Below, piece by piece: positions 35,172-44,388 of a stretch of 64,000 nt of DNA; positions within the stretch are counted from its first letter, which is position 1; every line of letters starts with the position of its first letter. The notes below the pieces were generated by a model. The model was not told where the DNA came from, did not search any database, and was given only the letters and a program-made list of their open reading frames with translations. The position numbers and the translations under genes are program-made. The DNA is from an uncultured virus (IMG/VR IMGVR_UViG_3300017995_000001) (Duplodnaviria; Heunggongvirae; Uroviricota; Caudoviricetes): the IMG/VR virus record IMGVR_UViG_3300017995_000001. One strand, written 5' to 3'.

Positions 35172-36644
35172 TCACGCGAACGTGATCGGCTGCGGCTCGA
35201 CCGGCACCGCGAGCGCGAGCGACAGCGCCTGGGTGAACGCCCCGCTGAGCAGCGTCGGCGCCGGCAACATGGTCTGCGGCGGCAGCGGCGCGTTGGGCGG
35301 CGGCACGGCGTTGCCTGGGTTGACGTACTGCGCGAGCAGCGCCCCGAGCTGCGCGGTCGACGGCGGGGAGGCGGGGCTGGGCGCGACGAGGTACGCCGCC
35401 GTCGGCATCTTCTGCGCGTTGGCCGTCACGTTGGTCGGCGCGGGCTTGTTGTCCGAGTCCTGCTTGTTGAAGTCGAGGCCCGTGTACGGCGTCGCCAGGA
35501 CGACCTGCTGGGGGGTGACGGCGGCGATCACGTAGGAGACGTCGACGGGGCCGGTGGGCGGCGTGTCCCGGAGCTGCGCGGCGAACCGGATCGCGTTGCC
35601 CGCGGCGAGCGCGCCCGTCTGGTCCTCCGTCGTGAAGACGGTCGTCGACCCGGTCGTCACGAGGAAGTCGCCGGCGAGCTGCGGGTGGGCCGCCCCCTGC
35701 TGGGCGAGCGCGAAGTAGCTCGGCGGCAGGTACGCGAGCGGCCGGTCGATTAGCGCCTGCGCCTGGTCGGTCAGCGGTCCGAGAAACTGGGCCGGCGTCG
35801 CGTTCGCCGGGACGGCGGGCAGCGGCGCCGACAGGTCGCAGAGCGTGACCTGCCCGACGCTGTTGCCGAAGCCGCCGGTGGCGGACACCCACACGTCCTC
35901 GATCACCGCGATGTCGACGCTCCCGGGCGCGAGGGTGACGGGCGCGGGAGCCCTGCCGCGCAGCGCGGCGGTGACGAGGAAGGGCCCGGCGCCGGTCGAG
36001 TCGATGTACTCGATGTTCACCGTCTGCGCCCCGACGCCCGCCGGGATCGCGGGGACCGTCGCGAAGCCGCCCGTGTCGTCGGGCGAGGACGAGTAGACGG
36101 CGGGGAGCTTCGACGGGTTCGGGGTGACCCTGCTGGCCGCCGTCTCGCCGGTCGTGCCCGTGAAGGCGCTGGCGAGCGTGACCGACGTCGCGCCGACGGC
36201 GGCGACGGAGTAGTAGACGCCGGGCTGCGACGCGAACTCGACGACGTCGGTCGGCGCGTTGAGCGCGGCCTTCTGGTTGGCGCTCGTCGCGACGACCAGC
36301 GAACCGTTGACCGGGACGAAGTCGCCGGCGAGCGGCGATGCTTTGCGCAGCACGTACGGCGGCGCGGGCGGCGCCGCGGTGTCCGGGCGGCACGGGAACG
36401 GCGGCGGCGCGTGGGGGGCGCCGACGGCCGCCGTCATGTTGAGCGTCAGCGTGCGCGTCGCGCTCGTCGCGTCGTTCGAGGTGGTGTCGCTCGAGACCGT
36501 GAGGCCCAGCGCCTGGCCGAGGACCGGGTCGGCACCCGCGCTCGCGTAGAGCGGGACGGCGGCGAGCGCGGTCGCGGCGGCGCCGGGGCTGAGCGAGGTG
36601 CCGGCGACGAGCACCTTCCACGCGAGGATGATCTGATTCGGCAT
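35172..36644 (-). CDS. Ala/Pro/Thr-rich beta-type protein with an internal duplicated domain; putative virion protein
   Basis: LAGDF..(N/T)GS..V.T...Q..AL occurs twice. Confidence 0.65.
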   Translation of the reverse strand: MPNQIILAWKVLVAGTSLSPGAAATALAAVPLYASAGADPVLGQALGLTVSSDTTSNDATSATRTLTLNMTAAVGAPHAPPPFPCRPDTAAPPAPPYVLRKASPLAGDFVPVNGSLVVATSANQKAALNAPTDVVEFASQPGVYYSVAAVGATSVTLASAFTGTTGETAASRVTPNPSKLPAVYSSSPDDTGGFATVPAIPAGVGAQTVNIEYIDSTGAGPFLVTAALRGRAPAPVTLAPGSVDIAVIEDVWVSATGGFGNSVGQVTLCDLSAPLPAVPANATPAQFLGPLTDQAQALIDRPLAYLPPSYFALAQQGAAHPQLAGDFLVTTGSTTVFTTEDQTGALAAGNAIRFAAQLRDTPPTGPVDVSYVIAAVTPQQVVLATPYTGLDFNKQDSDNKPAPTNVTANAQKMPTAAYLVAPSPASPPSTAQLGALLAQYVNPGNAVPPPNAPLPPQTMLPAPTLLSGAFTQALSLALAVPVEPQPITFA

Positions 36645-36749
36645 CGTGGTGAGAGGGTACACTGAGATCCACCGGGGCGTCTCCGGTCACCTGGCGGCGC
36701 CGTGCGCGGCGCTTTCGCCGGGAAACTACGAGGGTGAGCTGGGCGATCC

Positions 36750-36797
36750 GCCGGGCGCATAGCCGGGCACGTAGCCGGGCTCGCAGCCGGGCGATCT
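36750..36797. repeat. 4 x 12-bp tandem repeat (GCCGGGC-N5)
   Basis: GCCGGGC at 36750, 36762, 36774 and 36786. Confidence 0.7.
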
Positions 36798-36912
36798 ACC
36801 AGGGGGGTGCGCGATCGGGATCGATCGGATCGGCTTTCTAGAGGTGGTCGGATCGAGGTCGCCGGCGCCGAACTGGACTTCGATTCGCGCAGCGTGATAC
36901 GGTATCGTTATC

Positions 36913-37998
36913 ATGCAACCAGTTGAAGAACACATAATCCCACACGCTGGATCGTCGAAGGATCTCGCCGAACCCAGCGAGAACATGGTCGCGATCTATC
37001 GTCGCGCAGAAGAGGCGCCTGACGCGGTGGTGCCGCCGAACACGCGCCGGGCCTACGAGTTGGAGCTGCACTGCTTCGCGGCCTGGTGCAACCGCAACGG
37101 CGTGACCAAGGTGATGCCGGCGGATCCCAAGATAGTGCGCGCTTATCTGTACGACCTGGCCGACCGCGGCCGTCACCCTGAAGACCTCCCGAGCGGGAAA
37201 CCTAAGGGGCCGGTCGGCCACAGCTCGATCCAGCGAGCCCTGTCCGCCATCTGCCGCAGCAACAGGAGATCTGGCTACCCAAGCATTTGGAACGACCCGC
37301 TTATCGTAGAGGCTCGCGACACCTTGGCCCGCCTGAAGGGGACGGCGGCCAAGAGGCAGAAGCAGGATATCGGGCTCACCGGCGAAGCGTTGCTGTTCAA
37401 GGTCTGCGACTTGATGGGCGACGACCCGCGCGGAGTCCGAGACAGGGCGATGATACTCGTGGGGTGGCAGGGAGGGGGGCGTCGCCGCAGCGAGATCGCG
37501 GCCGCGAGGGTCGAGCACTTCGAACCGGTCGAGGGAGGGTTGAGTTGGGCCATCCCGCGCAGCAAGGCCGACCAGACGGGCAAGGGGCTCGTGGTGGCGC
37601 TGACTCCCGTCGCAGACGAGCGTTACTGCCCGGTCCGCGCGCTGCGGCGCTGGCTGTCGGTGGCAGGCATCAAGCGCGGTCCCGTCTTCAGAGGCGTGGA
37701 CATGGTGACCGGCGAGATCATGGCTGCAGGGCTAGCTCCTGAGGGGGTCTCGAAGCGCGTGAAGCACTACGTCAAGCTGCTGGGTCTAAACCCAGACAAC
37801 TTCGGCGGCCACTCGCTGCGCAGTGGGTTCGTGACGTCCGCGTACAAGATGGGACGCAGGCCGATCGACATCAAGGACTCGACGGGACACCATGGGACGC
37901 GAGAGATCGAGACCTACATCCGCCGCGCAGGTTTGGTGGAAGAGTCGGTAGCCAAAGGACTGATCGACGAGGCATTGGCAAAAAGGAACCCCACATGA
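36913..37998 (+). CDS. Tyrosine recombinase/integrase (Cre-like)
   Basis: GGRRRSEI, RSKADQ, GHSLRSGF, TGH, YIRR. Confidence 0.9.
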   Translation: MQPVEEHIIPHAGSSKDLAEPSENMVAIYRRAEEAPDAVVPPNTRRAYELELHCFAAWCNRNGVTKVMPADPKIVRAYLYDLADRGRHPEDLPSGKPKGPVGHSSIQRALSAICRSNRRSGYPSIWNDPLIVEARDTLARLKGTAAKRQKQDIGLTGEALLFKVCDLMGDDPRGVRDRAMILVGWQGGGRRRSEIAAARVEHFEPVEGGLSWAIPRSKADQTGKGLVVALTPVADERYCPVRALRRWLSVAGIKRGPVFRGVDMVTGEIMAAGLAPEGVSKRVKHYVKLLGLNPDNFGGHSLRSGFVTSAYKMGRRPIDIKDSTGHHGTREIETYIRRAGLVEESVAKGLIDEALAKRNPT

Positions 37999-38270
37999 CC
38001 GACCCCCTCAAGCCCCCGGACCCTCCCCTCTCGCCCGCCTGGACCGCGCAGGACCGCCTCCGCGCGATCGCGGCGCTCCTGCCCGACATGCAGGCCGACA
38101 TCTACGCGGGCCGGTACAGCGCGGTGGGGCGGCCCAACGTGACGTCGCTGCAGCACCTCATCGCCGACCCGGCCGAGACGCTCGAGGGCTACCGCGCCGA
38201 CATCGAGCGGCGCGTCGCCGAGTTCGAGGCGAGGTACCCGCTGCCGGAGGGGTGGAGGTGGCCGGCGTGA
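37995..38270 (+). CDS. Hypothetical protein
   Basis: ATGA coupling; AAGGA RBS. Confidence 0.55.
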   Translation: MTDPLKPPDPPLSPAWTAQDRLRAIAALLPDMQADIYAGRYSAVGRPNVTSLQHLIADPAETLEGYRADIERRVAEFEARYPLPEGWRWPA

Positions 38271-38434
38271 GGGAGAGTCAGTTCGACGGCGTCTACGCGG
38301 CCGCGTTCGTCTTGTCGGCGTGGGGAGCGGCGAACAGCGTCTACTGGCTCGACCTGGTCTCCCTGACCTTCATCTCCGTGCCGTTCGTCGGCTGGACGCT
38401 CTGGCGCGGCGGGTTCAAGGGGAGGGTGGCGTGA
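38267..38434 (+). CDS. Small membrane protein
   Basis: Two hydrophobic stretches; coupling. Confidence 0.45.
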   Translation: MRESQFDGVYAAAFVLSAWGAANSVYWLDLVSLTFISVPFVGWTLWRGGFKGRVA

Positions 38435-38712
38435 GGAAAGTCGAGTGCCTCGTCGGCCGCGAGATCCTGACGTTCAGGGAGGGGGACGTCTGGGTGGCGG
38501 TTTGGGTCAGGTTCGACCTCCTCGCGCAGGGCGACACCGAGCGCGAGGCGGTCCAGCGTCTCGTGCGGACCATCGCGCACCAGGCGATCGCCGACGCGGA
38601 GCGCGGCGACCTGAACAGCTTCGGGTCCGCCCCGCCGGTGAGCCGGGAGCTGCTCCGGCGCTGGCGCGGCGCGCACGCGCGCAGCCACTCCAACCTGCGG
38701 AGGGTCGGGTGA
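38431..38712 (+). CDS. HicB-like protein
   Basis: REGDVWVAVW.RFDLLAQGDTEREAVQRL. Confidence 0.55.
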   Translation: MRKVECLVGREILTFREGDVWVAVWVRFDLLAQGDTEREAVQRLVRTIAHQAIADAERGDLNSFGSAPPVSRELLRRWRGAHARSHSNLRRVG

Positions 38713-38900
38713 CCACGCGCGAGGGGCACAAGTGGCTGGTCGTCTACTCGCTCTTCGGCCCGTACGTCGTCAGGCGCGACTCGCCGGCGGCCGAGGAGGC
38801 GCGCGAGTGCGGGGCGGCGGTGGCGAAGTTCCGGACGCTCGGCGGCGCGTACGCGCGGCTGCGGCGCGACCGCGGCGCTGTAGTACAGTCGAGTCCATGA
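38709..38900 (+). CDS. Small hypothetical protein
   Basis: Coupling. Confidence 0.4.
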   Translation: MTTREGHKWLVVYSLFGPYVVRRDSPAAEEARECGAAVAKFRTLGGAYARLRRDRGAVVQSSP

Positions 38901-39172
38901 GCACCACGATCTGCAAGCGCTGCCACAGGCTCAAGACCGTCAACGCGGCCGGCTACTGCCCGGCGTGCTCGGGCATCCTGCGCGCGCAGGAGCGCCGCCG
39001 GCCGGCGCAGGACACGGCGGCCGCTGCGGTGCTGACGCCGTCGCTCGCGCCCGTGCAGGAGGGCGCGGAGCCGCCCGCCCCGCCGCTGGCGCCCGAGCGC
39101 CGCGAGGACGGACCGGTCCCGCAGGCGTTCTTCCCGCCGGTCCTCGGCGAGGAGGAGAGCGCCGACATCTGA
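38897..39172 (+). CDS. Zn-finger hypothetical protein
   Basis: CKRC...CPAC. Confidence 0.55.
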   Translation: MSTTICKRCHRLKTVNAAGYCPACSGILRAQERRRPAQDTAAAAVLTPSLAPVQEGAEPPAPPLAPERREDGPVPQAFFPPVLGEEESADI

Positions 39173-39180
39173 CGCGCGCG

Positions 39181-39609
39181 TCAGCTAAAAGCGTCCGCTA
39201 TGATGGAGAACGGGACCGTCGTCCGCTGGGTGACGCCTCCGACGTCCTGCCAGACGAACTGCAGCGTGCCGCTCGCCCCCTCGTACGCGGCGCGGGCCGG
39301 GATCGTCAATTCGGGGGACGCGGTCACGTAGCTGCCCAGTTGGCGCGCGGACGGCCCGTCGGCGTCACCGAGCAGGCGCGGGTCGGACGCGGACACGGCG
39401 AGCAGGCGCCCGCCCCCGGGGGCCCTGACCGTGAGCGAGCCGCCGCGGATCACGTACACCGGCGGCATCTCGCCGGGGGCCAGCGTGACCGACGCCTCGT
39501 AGAACCTGCCGATGCTGGCTCGCTGCGCGCCGACCACGATCACTGCCCCAGCCGCCAGCGCGAGCAGCGACGCGTACCCGAGTGTGTCCAGCAGAGTCGC
39601 GGCCCGCAC
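39181..39609 (-). CDS. Membrane-anchored hypothetical protein
   Basis: N-terminal TM segment followed by a beta-rich domain. Confidence 0.55.
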   Translation of the reverse strand: MRAATLLDTLGYASLLALAAGAVIVVGAQRASIGRFYEASVTLAPGEMPPVYVIRGGSLTVRAPGGGRLLAVSASDPRLLGDADGPSARQLGSYVTASPELTIPARAAYEGASGTLQFVWQDVGGVTQRTTVPFSIIADAFS

Positions 39610-39618
39610 GGTCAGCTC

Positions 39619-40068
39619 TCAGAAGAACTTCCACGCCATCGTCGCGCCGTCCCAGACGTACGCGCCGAGCTGCGCGGTCGGCTGCGACGCGAGCGCGACC
39701 GTCATCTGCTCCTCGGCGTCCGCGACCGGGACCCACGCGCCGTTGACGGGCGCCCAGCCACCCTGCGGGTCGGTCCTGCGGTAGAGGAAATAGAGTGTCT
39801 CCGCCGCCGCCCCGACGCCCACCGACAGGCACGGCTGCGCGCGGATGACGCCGTCGCCGCGCGAGAACCGGTAGAGCGCGCCCTCGTAGTATGCGGTCGC
39901 GCTGCCGCCCTCGCTCTGGGAGAGCAGGCGCTTGCCGATGTAGTCGAGGTCCGGCTGCATCGGGGCGGGCGGTCCCCAGCTCGCGCACCGCGCGGCCGCG
40001 GCGGTGAACTCCGGCACGAGCCGCCAGTCGCGCGGCGCGCGCGCGCCGGGCGTCCCCGCGAGACTCAT
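39619..40068 (-). CDS. Hypothetical protein
   Basis: Coupled to the LysM gene. Confidence 0.55.
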   Translation of the reverse strand: MSLAGTPGARAPRDWRLVPEFTAAAARCASWGPPAPMQPDLDYIGKRLLSQSEGGSATAYYEGALYRFSRGDGVIRAQPCLSVGVGAAAETLYFLYRRTDPQGGWAPVNGAWVPVADAEEQMTVALASQPTAQLGAYVWDGATMAWKFF

Positions 40069-41246
40069 CGGTGCGCCGGGTACGGGCCGTACGCCGCCTG
40101 CGCGGTGGCTGCCGGCGCGGGCGCGGGTTTGGCTGGGACAGCCGCTGCCGCCGCGGCCGGCCCGAGCTTGAGACCGATCACTTTCTTCGGGACATCAGAG
40201 GCGGGGACCGTCTTGCTCGCGACGTCCGGTGACAGCACGTGGGGAGCGAACTTCGCGGCGACGCTGGAGAGCGACGGGGTCGACTGGATCACGTGCTGCA
40301 ACAGTGCTTGGCCCTGCTGGATCTGCTGCACGGTCGGCGTCGCGGCCCCGGCGATCTTGCTGGCCTGGGAGACGACGTCGCCTAGCTGCGGAGCAGAACT
40401 GACGAGCTGCTGGACCGTCGCTCCCGCTCCTCCCGGAGCTGCCGCGAGGGCGGCTTGCGCGGCGCCGGCCAATGCTTCGGGACTGGCTCCCTGCTCTCGC
40501 AGTTTCTCTAGCGCAGGCCCGAGCGCGCCCAGCGCCAGGGCCGTCGCGGTCAGTCCGGGGCCGACCAACGGTACGGCCGACAAGAATGGAGCGGCCAAGA
40601 CCAGCGCAGAGGACGCCTTCGCTAGGATGGGGACGGCCGCGTTGTACGCGTCCTCGAACGGCTTGGTCACCTGGCTGAGGTCGATGCCGCCTCCGTGCGT
40701 CAGCGTGTGCGACTGCAGGAAGAACGGCTTCTTCGCGTCGGCGCCGGTCACCCGGTAGAGCTTGGCGAGGTAGTCCTTCGTGTTGGCGCCGGCGGGGATC
40801 TTGAAGACGGCGCGCAGCTTCGCGTCGTTCCACCCGACGGGAGCCGCGTCGAGCCACTTGCCGCCCATGAACGGCCACTGGAGCGCGATCTTGCCGCTGC
40901 CGTCGTCCCACCAGATCTTGTCGTCGCGCGCGCCCGGCCAGTTCGGGTCGGCGTTCTTGAACGCGACCGGGTCCTTGATGAAGCTCATGAGCCCCGCGTA
41001 CATCCCGTCCGGGTTGTCCGGGTGCAGGCCCACCGCCGCGAGGTCGTCGGCGTACGACGCCCCGAGCCAGCCCCTAGGCAGCGCGATCGGCTCGCCCACC
41101 CCGAGCGACGCGAACGTCGGCGCGCCGCCGACGTGGACGATCGACTTGTGTGGGTTAGAGGCGAGCAGCTCCCGGTACCGCTCGGGCCGGCCGGTCAGCC
41201 GGCGAGCGATCTGCATCGGAGATTCCCCCAGTCCGACCCGGTACAT
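40065..41246 (-). CDS. LysM-like domain protein with hydrophobic, Ala-rich C-terminal half
   Basis: YRVGLGESPMQIARRLTG...LLASNP...LGVGEPIALP. Confidence 0.7.
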   Translation of the reverse strand: MYRVGLGESPMQIARRLTGRPERYRELLASNPHKSIVHVGGAPTFASLGVGEPIALPRGWLGASYADDLAAVGLHPDNPDGMYAGLMSFIKDPVAFKNADPNWPGARDDKIWWDDGSGKIALQWPFMGGKWLDAAPVGWNDAKLRAVFKIPAGANTKDYLAKLYRVTGADAKKPFFLQSHTLTHGGGIDLSQVTKPFEDAYNAAVPILAKASSALVLAAPFLSAVPLVGPGLTATALALGALGPALEKLREQGASPEALAGAAQAALAAAPGGAGATVQQLVSSAPQLGDVVSQASKIAGAATPTVQQIQQGQALLQHVIQSTPSLSSVAAKFAPHVLSPDVASKTVPASDVPKKVIGLKLGPAAAAAAVPAKPAPAPAATAQAAYGPYPAHR

Positions 41247-41258
41247 CGCGGCAAGCTC

Positions 41259-41399
41259 CTATCTCGCGCCCATCTTGAGCGCGCGCTTGGACTTCATCGT
41301 CCGGTAGGGCGCCCCCGCGGCGCCGCGCAGCTTGGCCCCCTGCGCGCGCACCTGCTGGTTCGCCCGCTGCAGCTTCGCCGTGGATTTGGGGTTTGCCAT
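41259..41399 (-). CDS. Small basic protein (46 aa)
   Basis: MANPKSTAKLQRANQQ...; TACACT -10 box just upstream. Confidence 0.45.
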   Translation of the reverse strand: MANPKSTAKLQRANQQVRAQGAKLRGAAGAPYRTMKSKRALKMGAR

Positions 41400-41403
41400 G
41401 GGC

Positions 41404-41820
41404 CTAGAGTGTACCAGCAACCATGGCGCGGAAAAATGGGTTCGTCAGGCCGTTCCGGTACCGCTGGATTCGACCCACGGCGCGCTCGCGCGGCAGCCCC
41501 AGCTCGACGAGCGCCAGGCCCGCGAGCACTCCGGACCGGTTCCTACCCTGGTGGCACGTGACGAGGACGCGCCGGCCGGCGCGCACGCGCGCCGCGATCC
41601 GCTTGGCGGTCGCGCGGATGAGCGCGCGGTCGGCGGGGCTCGGCGGCGGCCCGCTGTCGTCGAGCGGGACGCGGATCACCTCGTAGCCGGGCAGGTCGAC
41701 GTCCTGGTGCTCGACGGCCGCGAGCACGACGACGTCGAACGGCAGGCGGGCGCGCGGCGGCGGGACGGACCCCTGCGCTAGGTAGGGGCCGGGCATCAGG
41801 TAGGAGTAGCCGGTGCTCAT
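41404..41820 (-). CDS. Dual-specificity/tyrosine phosphatase family protein
   Basis: PLDD loop; VLVTCHQGRNRSG (CX5R). Confidence 0.85.
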   Translation of the reverse strand: MSTGYSYLMPGPYLAQGSVPPPRARLPFDVVVLAAVEHQDVDLPGYEVIRVPLDDSGPPPSPADRALIRATAKRIAARVRAGRRVLVTCHQGRNRSGVLAGLALVELGLPRERAVGRIQRYRNGLTNPFFRAMVAGTL

Positions 41821-42045
41821 GGCTTCGGGAGGGAGCGCGCCGCGCGCATCATCTTCGGCAAGGTGACGTGGCCGTGGAGTTGAGTGGGTACTAGGCCACG
41901 ACACTTGGCCTGACGAACTTCCAACATCGAACTTGGAGAATGGGCCTTGGGGCAAGCTCGTGAGGTTCAGAAAACTCGGGGTTCGGGGCGCTAGAGCCGA
42001 AAGCGGTACCGCAATCGTCGTCATAGTCACCAGGGACATCGACGG

Positions 42046-43668
42046 CTAGAAGTTCGCGACGCTCGCGCCGCCAATCTGGAAGCCGTTGCTTCCGAGTCCG
42101 GTTCCCGCTCCGCACGCAGCGTCGAGGTGGGCCGGGGTCGTGGTGGCGGTGTGGAAGACGTCCGGATCGGCGTTGGTGTGACACGACACGGACGTGCCGC
42201 CATTGAGCTTGATTCCGGTCACCAACCCGGGTGCGGTGAACGTCGACTGAAAGTTATTCCCCGTTGCGTTGTCCAGGTGACTCGATCCCATCATGTTGAT
42301 GTTGTTCGTGCCGCTGCCATAAATCACGGTTGACGCGCCGGCTACGACCACCGTGCCGCCGAAGTTGGAGATATTGCCATCCAAGAACAAATTGCTATTT
42401 AGCGAAAAACCGTTCGCAAACGCTCCGTTACCAGCCCAGATGAAGTCGGACCCCATGAGCGCGGGCCCGCTGAAGATGCTTGCAAGCAGTGTGGCTCCAC
42501 CTTGAAGGGTAGGATCGCCAACGAATCCTGGAATCGTGGCCGCGATGAATCCACCACCGAAGGACGCGATGCCGCCTTGATAGAAAACGTTGGATGTCAG
42601 GCGCCCCGCAGCATTGTTTTCACCTGCCTGTCCGTTGAAGACGGCAATGCGTTGCGTGCCGACTTCGAGCATGACGATGTTGTTTCCGATGTTCAGCTCG
42701 TTGTTACCAGCGCCAGCCGGATCGAAAACCGTCATGTTGTATAGAAAGAAAGCGTTGTTGAACCCTCCGTTTGCATCGCCCAGAATGCCATCGATGCTCA
42801 CCACATTGATTGCGACGGGTACGAGGAGGTTGACTGTATCCGTCGACGCCCAGGTATTCACCTCCGTTGGAGGCAGTGGAAGCGCTGGCAGCGTAACCGG
42901 TACGAGAGGTTGCGTGAGGTTCCAATTTGCGCCGCCCGCCGTCTTGTAGATCCACGCTCGTGATGATTTGCCGGCTGTAGTATTTTGAACGAGAACTCCT
43001 GCTGCAGGCGCGCCCGCTGAAAAACTCCCCGACAAAAGAGTATTGCTTCCCGCAGTCGTAGACTTCGCAGTGTTTCTAGTGAACACCGCTGCGGTTGATG
43101 CTGGCGCCCCTCCCTGAAGGATAAAGGAACCTCCTTTTTCGTTTGCGGCGCACGGGTAAATCGGATCTGTATTATCGGTGTCGGATGCATCCTGCTCCAA
43201 CGTCGTGGCTTGCTGAAACCGTGGACATGTACCGACTGCCGCGCCGAGGCGATGCACCCAGATCTCTTGCTTGGTCGCGCACGCCGTCAGCGCCGTGATG
43301 CAGTCGTTCTTGTCGTTGCCGGTCGTCTTGTTCACGACCCATTTAGAAACTGTCCATGACACTGGGATGATCGGCGTCGAGCCCGTTACCATGAACGTGA
43401 TGGGTTTCTTCCCCGCGCATCGCCAAGAGCCGTCGGGAGCCGTGCATGCTGCCATCACGAGCTGCGCGTGGGTGCGCGTGTCGGGCGAGGCCGGCGTGAA
43501 GGTCTGAGGGTGAGGCTTCCTCGAGAAGGGAAGGTTGTCCTGGCTCGGGCCTGACGCCTCGACGATGGGGGCGACGTCTGCTTGGGGCGCGGCGTCTTGG
43601 GTTGTGGAAGGTTGGCTGCAAGCTACGACGGCAAGCAGCATCAGAAAAAGAAGCTTGAGAGGTTTCAT
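42046..43668 (-). CDS. Lipoprotein-signal-bearing beta-rich protein; putative spike/adhesin
   Basis: MKPLKLLFLMLLAVVAC; G/N/F-rich beta-helix-like C-terminal part in lower-GC DNA. Confidence 0.65.
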   Translation of the reverse strand: MKPLKLLFLMLLAVVACSQPSTTQDAAPQADVAPIVEASGPSQDNLPFSRKPHPQTFTPASPDTRTHAQLVMAACTAPDGSWRCAGKKPITFMVTGSTPIIPVSWTVSKWVVNKTTGNDKNDCITALTACATKQEIWVHRLGAAVGTCPRFQQATTLEQDASDTDNTDPIYPCAANEKGGSFILQGGAPASTAAVFTRNTAKSTTAGSNTLLSGSFSAGAPAAGVLVQNTTAGKSSRAWIYKTAGGANWNLTQPLVPVTLPALPLPPTEVNTWASTDTVNLLVPVAINVVSIDGILGDANGGFNNAFFLYNMTVFDPAGAGNNELNIGNNIVMLEVGTQRIAVFNGQAGENNAAGRLTSNVFYQGGIASFGGGFIAATIPGFVGDPTLQGGATLLASIFSGPALMGSDFIWAGNGAFANGFSLNSNLFLDGNISNFGGTVVVAGASTVIYGSGTNNINMMGSSHLDNATGNNFQSTFTAPGLVTGIKLNGGTSVSCHTNADPDVFHTATTTPAHLDAACGAGTGLGSNGFQIGGASVANF

Positions 43669-43680
43669 CTACATCTCCCC

Positions 43681-44379
43681 TTAGAACGAGCCTCTGGCGA
43701 ACCACTTCTTGTCGCTTGCCCTGTACTTGAACTTCGCCGCCCCGCCGGCGACGGCCTGGATGCTCCCGGTCGCGCCGAGGGTGCCCCCGTTCGACGGGTC
43801 TTCCACGGTGACGCCAGCGCCGTTGGCGTCCACGGTGCACGGGGTCGCCGACGCCGCGACGCACTTGATCTCGAACTCCTGCCCGTCGGTCGGCAGGCTC
43901 ACCCCGTCGGCCGCGAGCGGCGTATTCACGGTGACCGCGCCGGTCGAGGTGTTGACGGTGACGTACTGCTGCGCGGCGGTGGGAGTAAACGGGCTGTCGG
44001 CGGGTAGGATGTCGCGCGTCCACGGTACGGCCGACGAGGGCAGGCCCGAGGTCGTGAGCGACCCGAAGTACGTCGCGCCGTCGAAGTAGAAGTTGATCTG
44101 CGTCACGGCGCCGGCCGAACCGAGCAGTGCGGGTGGGCCCCCGCCGATCCAGGTGACGGCTGCCGGCCACACGACGTCCCGGCCGCCGGTCGCGTCCTGG
44201 GTGAGCAGCAGCGCGAGGAAGACGCCGCCCGGAGGCGCCACGAACGTCGGCGTCACCGTCGCCGCGTCGAGCGTCATGCTCTGGACGTTGCCCGCCGTCC
44301 AGTCGACGGCGGGTCCGGCCCCCGAGTTGCCCTTGGCTAGCTCGGGGAAGCGGGCGAGGAGTCTCTGCCAGAGTGCCAT
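43681..44379 (-). CDS. Fibre/spike-like structural protein
   Basis: VDWTAGNVQ...TQDATGGRDVVWP...FYFDG; VNTSTGAVTV...GQEFEIK. Confidence 0.65.
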   Translation of the reverse strand: MALWQRLLARFPELAKGNSGAGPAVDWTAGNVQSMTLDAATVTPTFVAPPGGVFLALLLTQDATGGRDVVWPAAVTWIGGGPPALLGSAGAVTQINFYFDGATYFGSLTTSGLPSSAVPWTRDILPADSPFTPTAAQQYVTVNTSTGAVTVNTPLAADGVSLPTDGQEFEIKCVAASATPCTVDANGAGVTVEDPSNGGTLGATGSIQAVAGGAAKFKYRASDKKWFARGSF

Positions 44380-44388
44380 GGGGATCCT

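Noticed and set aside
36750..36797. Tandem repeat as a CRISPR array or a small PG-repeat protein (ORF 36726-36986)
   Set aside because: The 12-bp period is too short for CRISPR; the ORF overlaps the recombinase start and lacks an RBS
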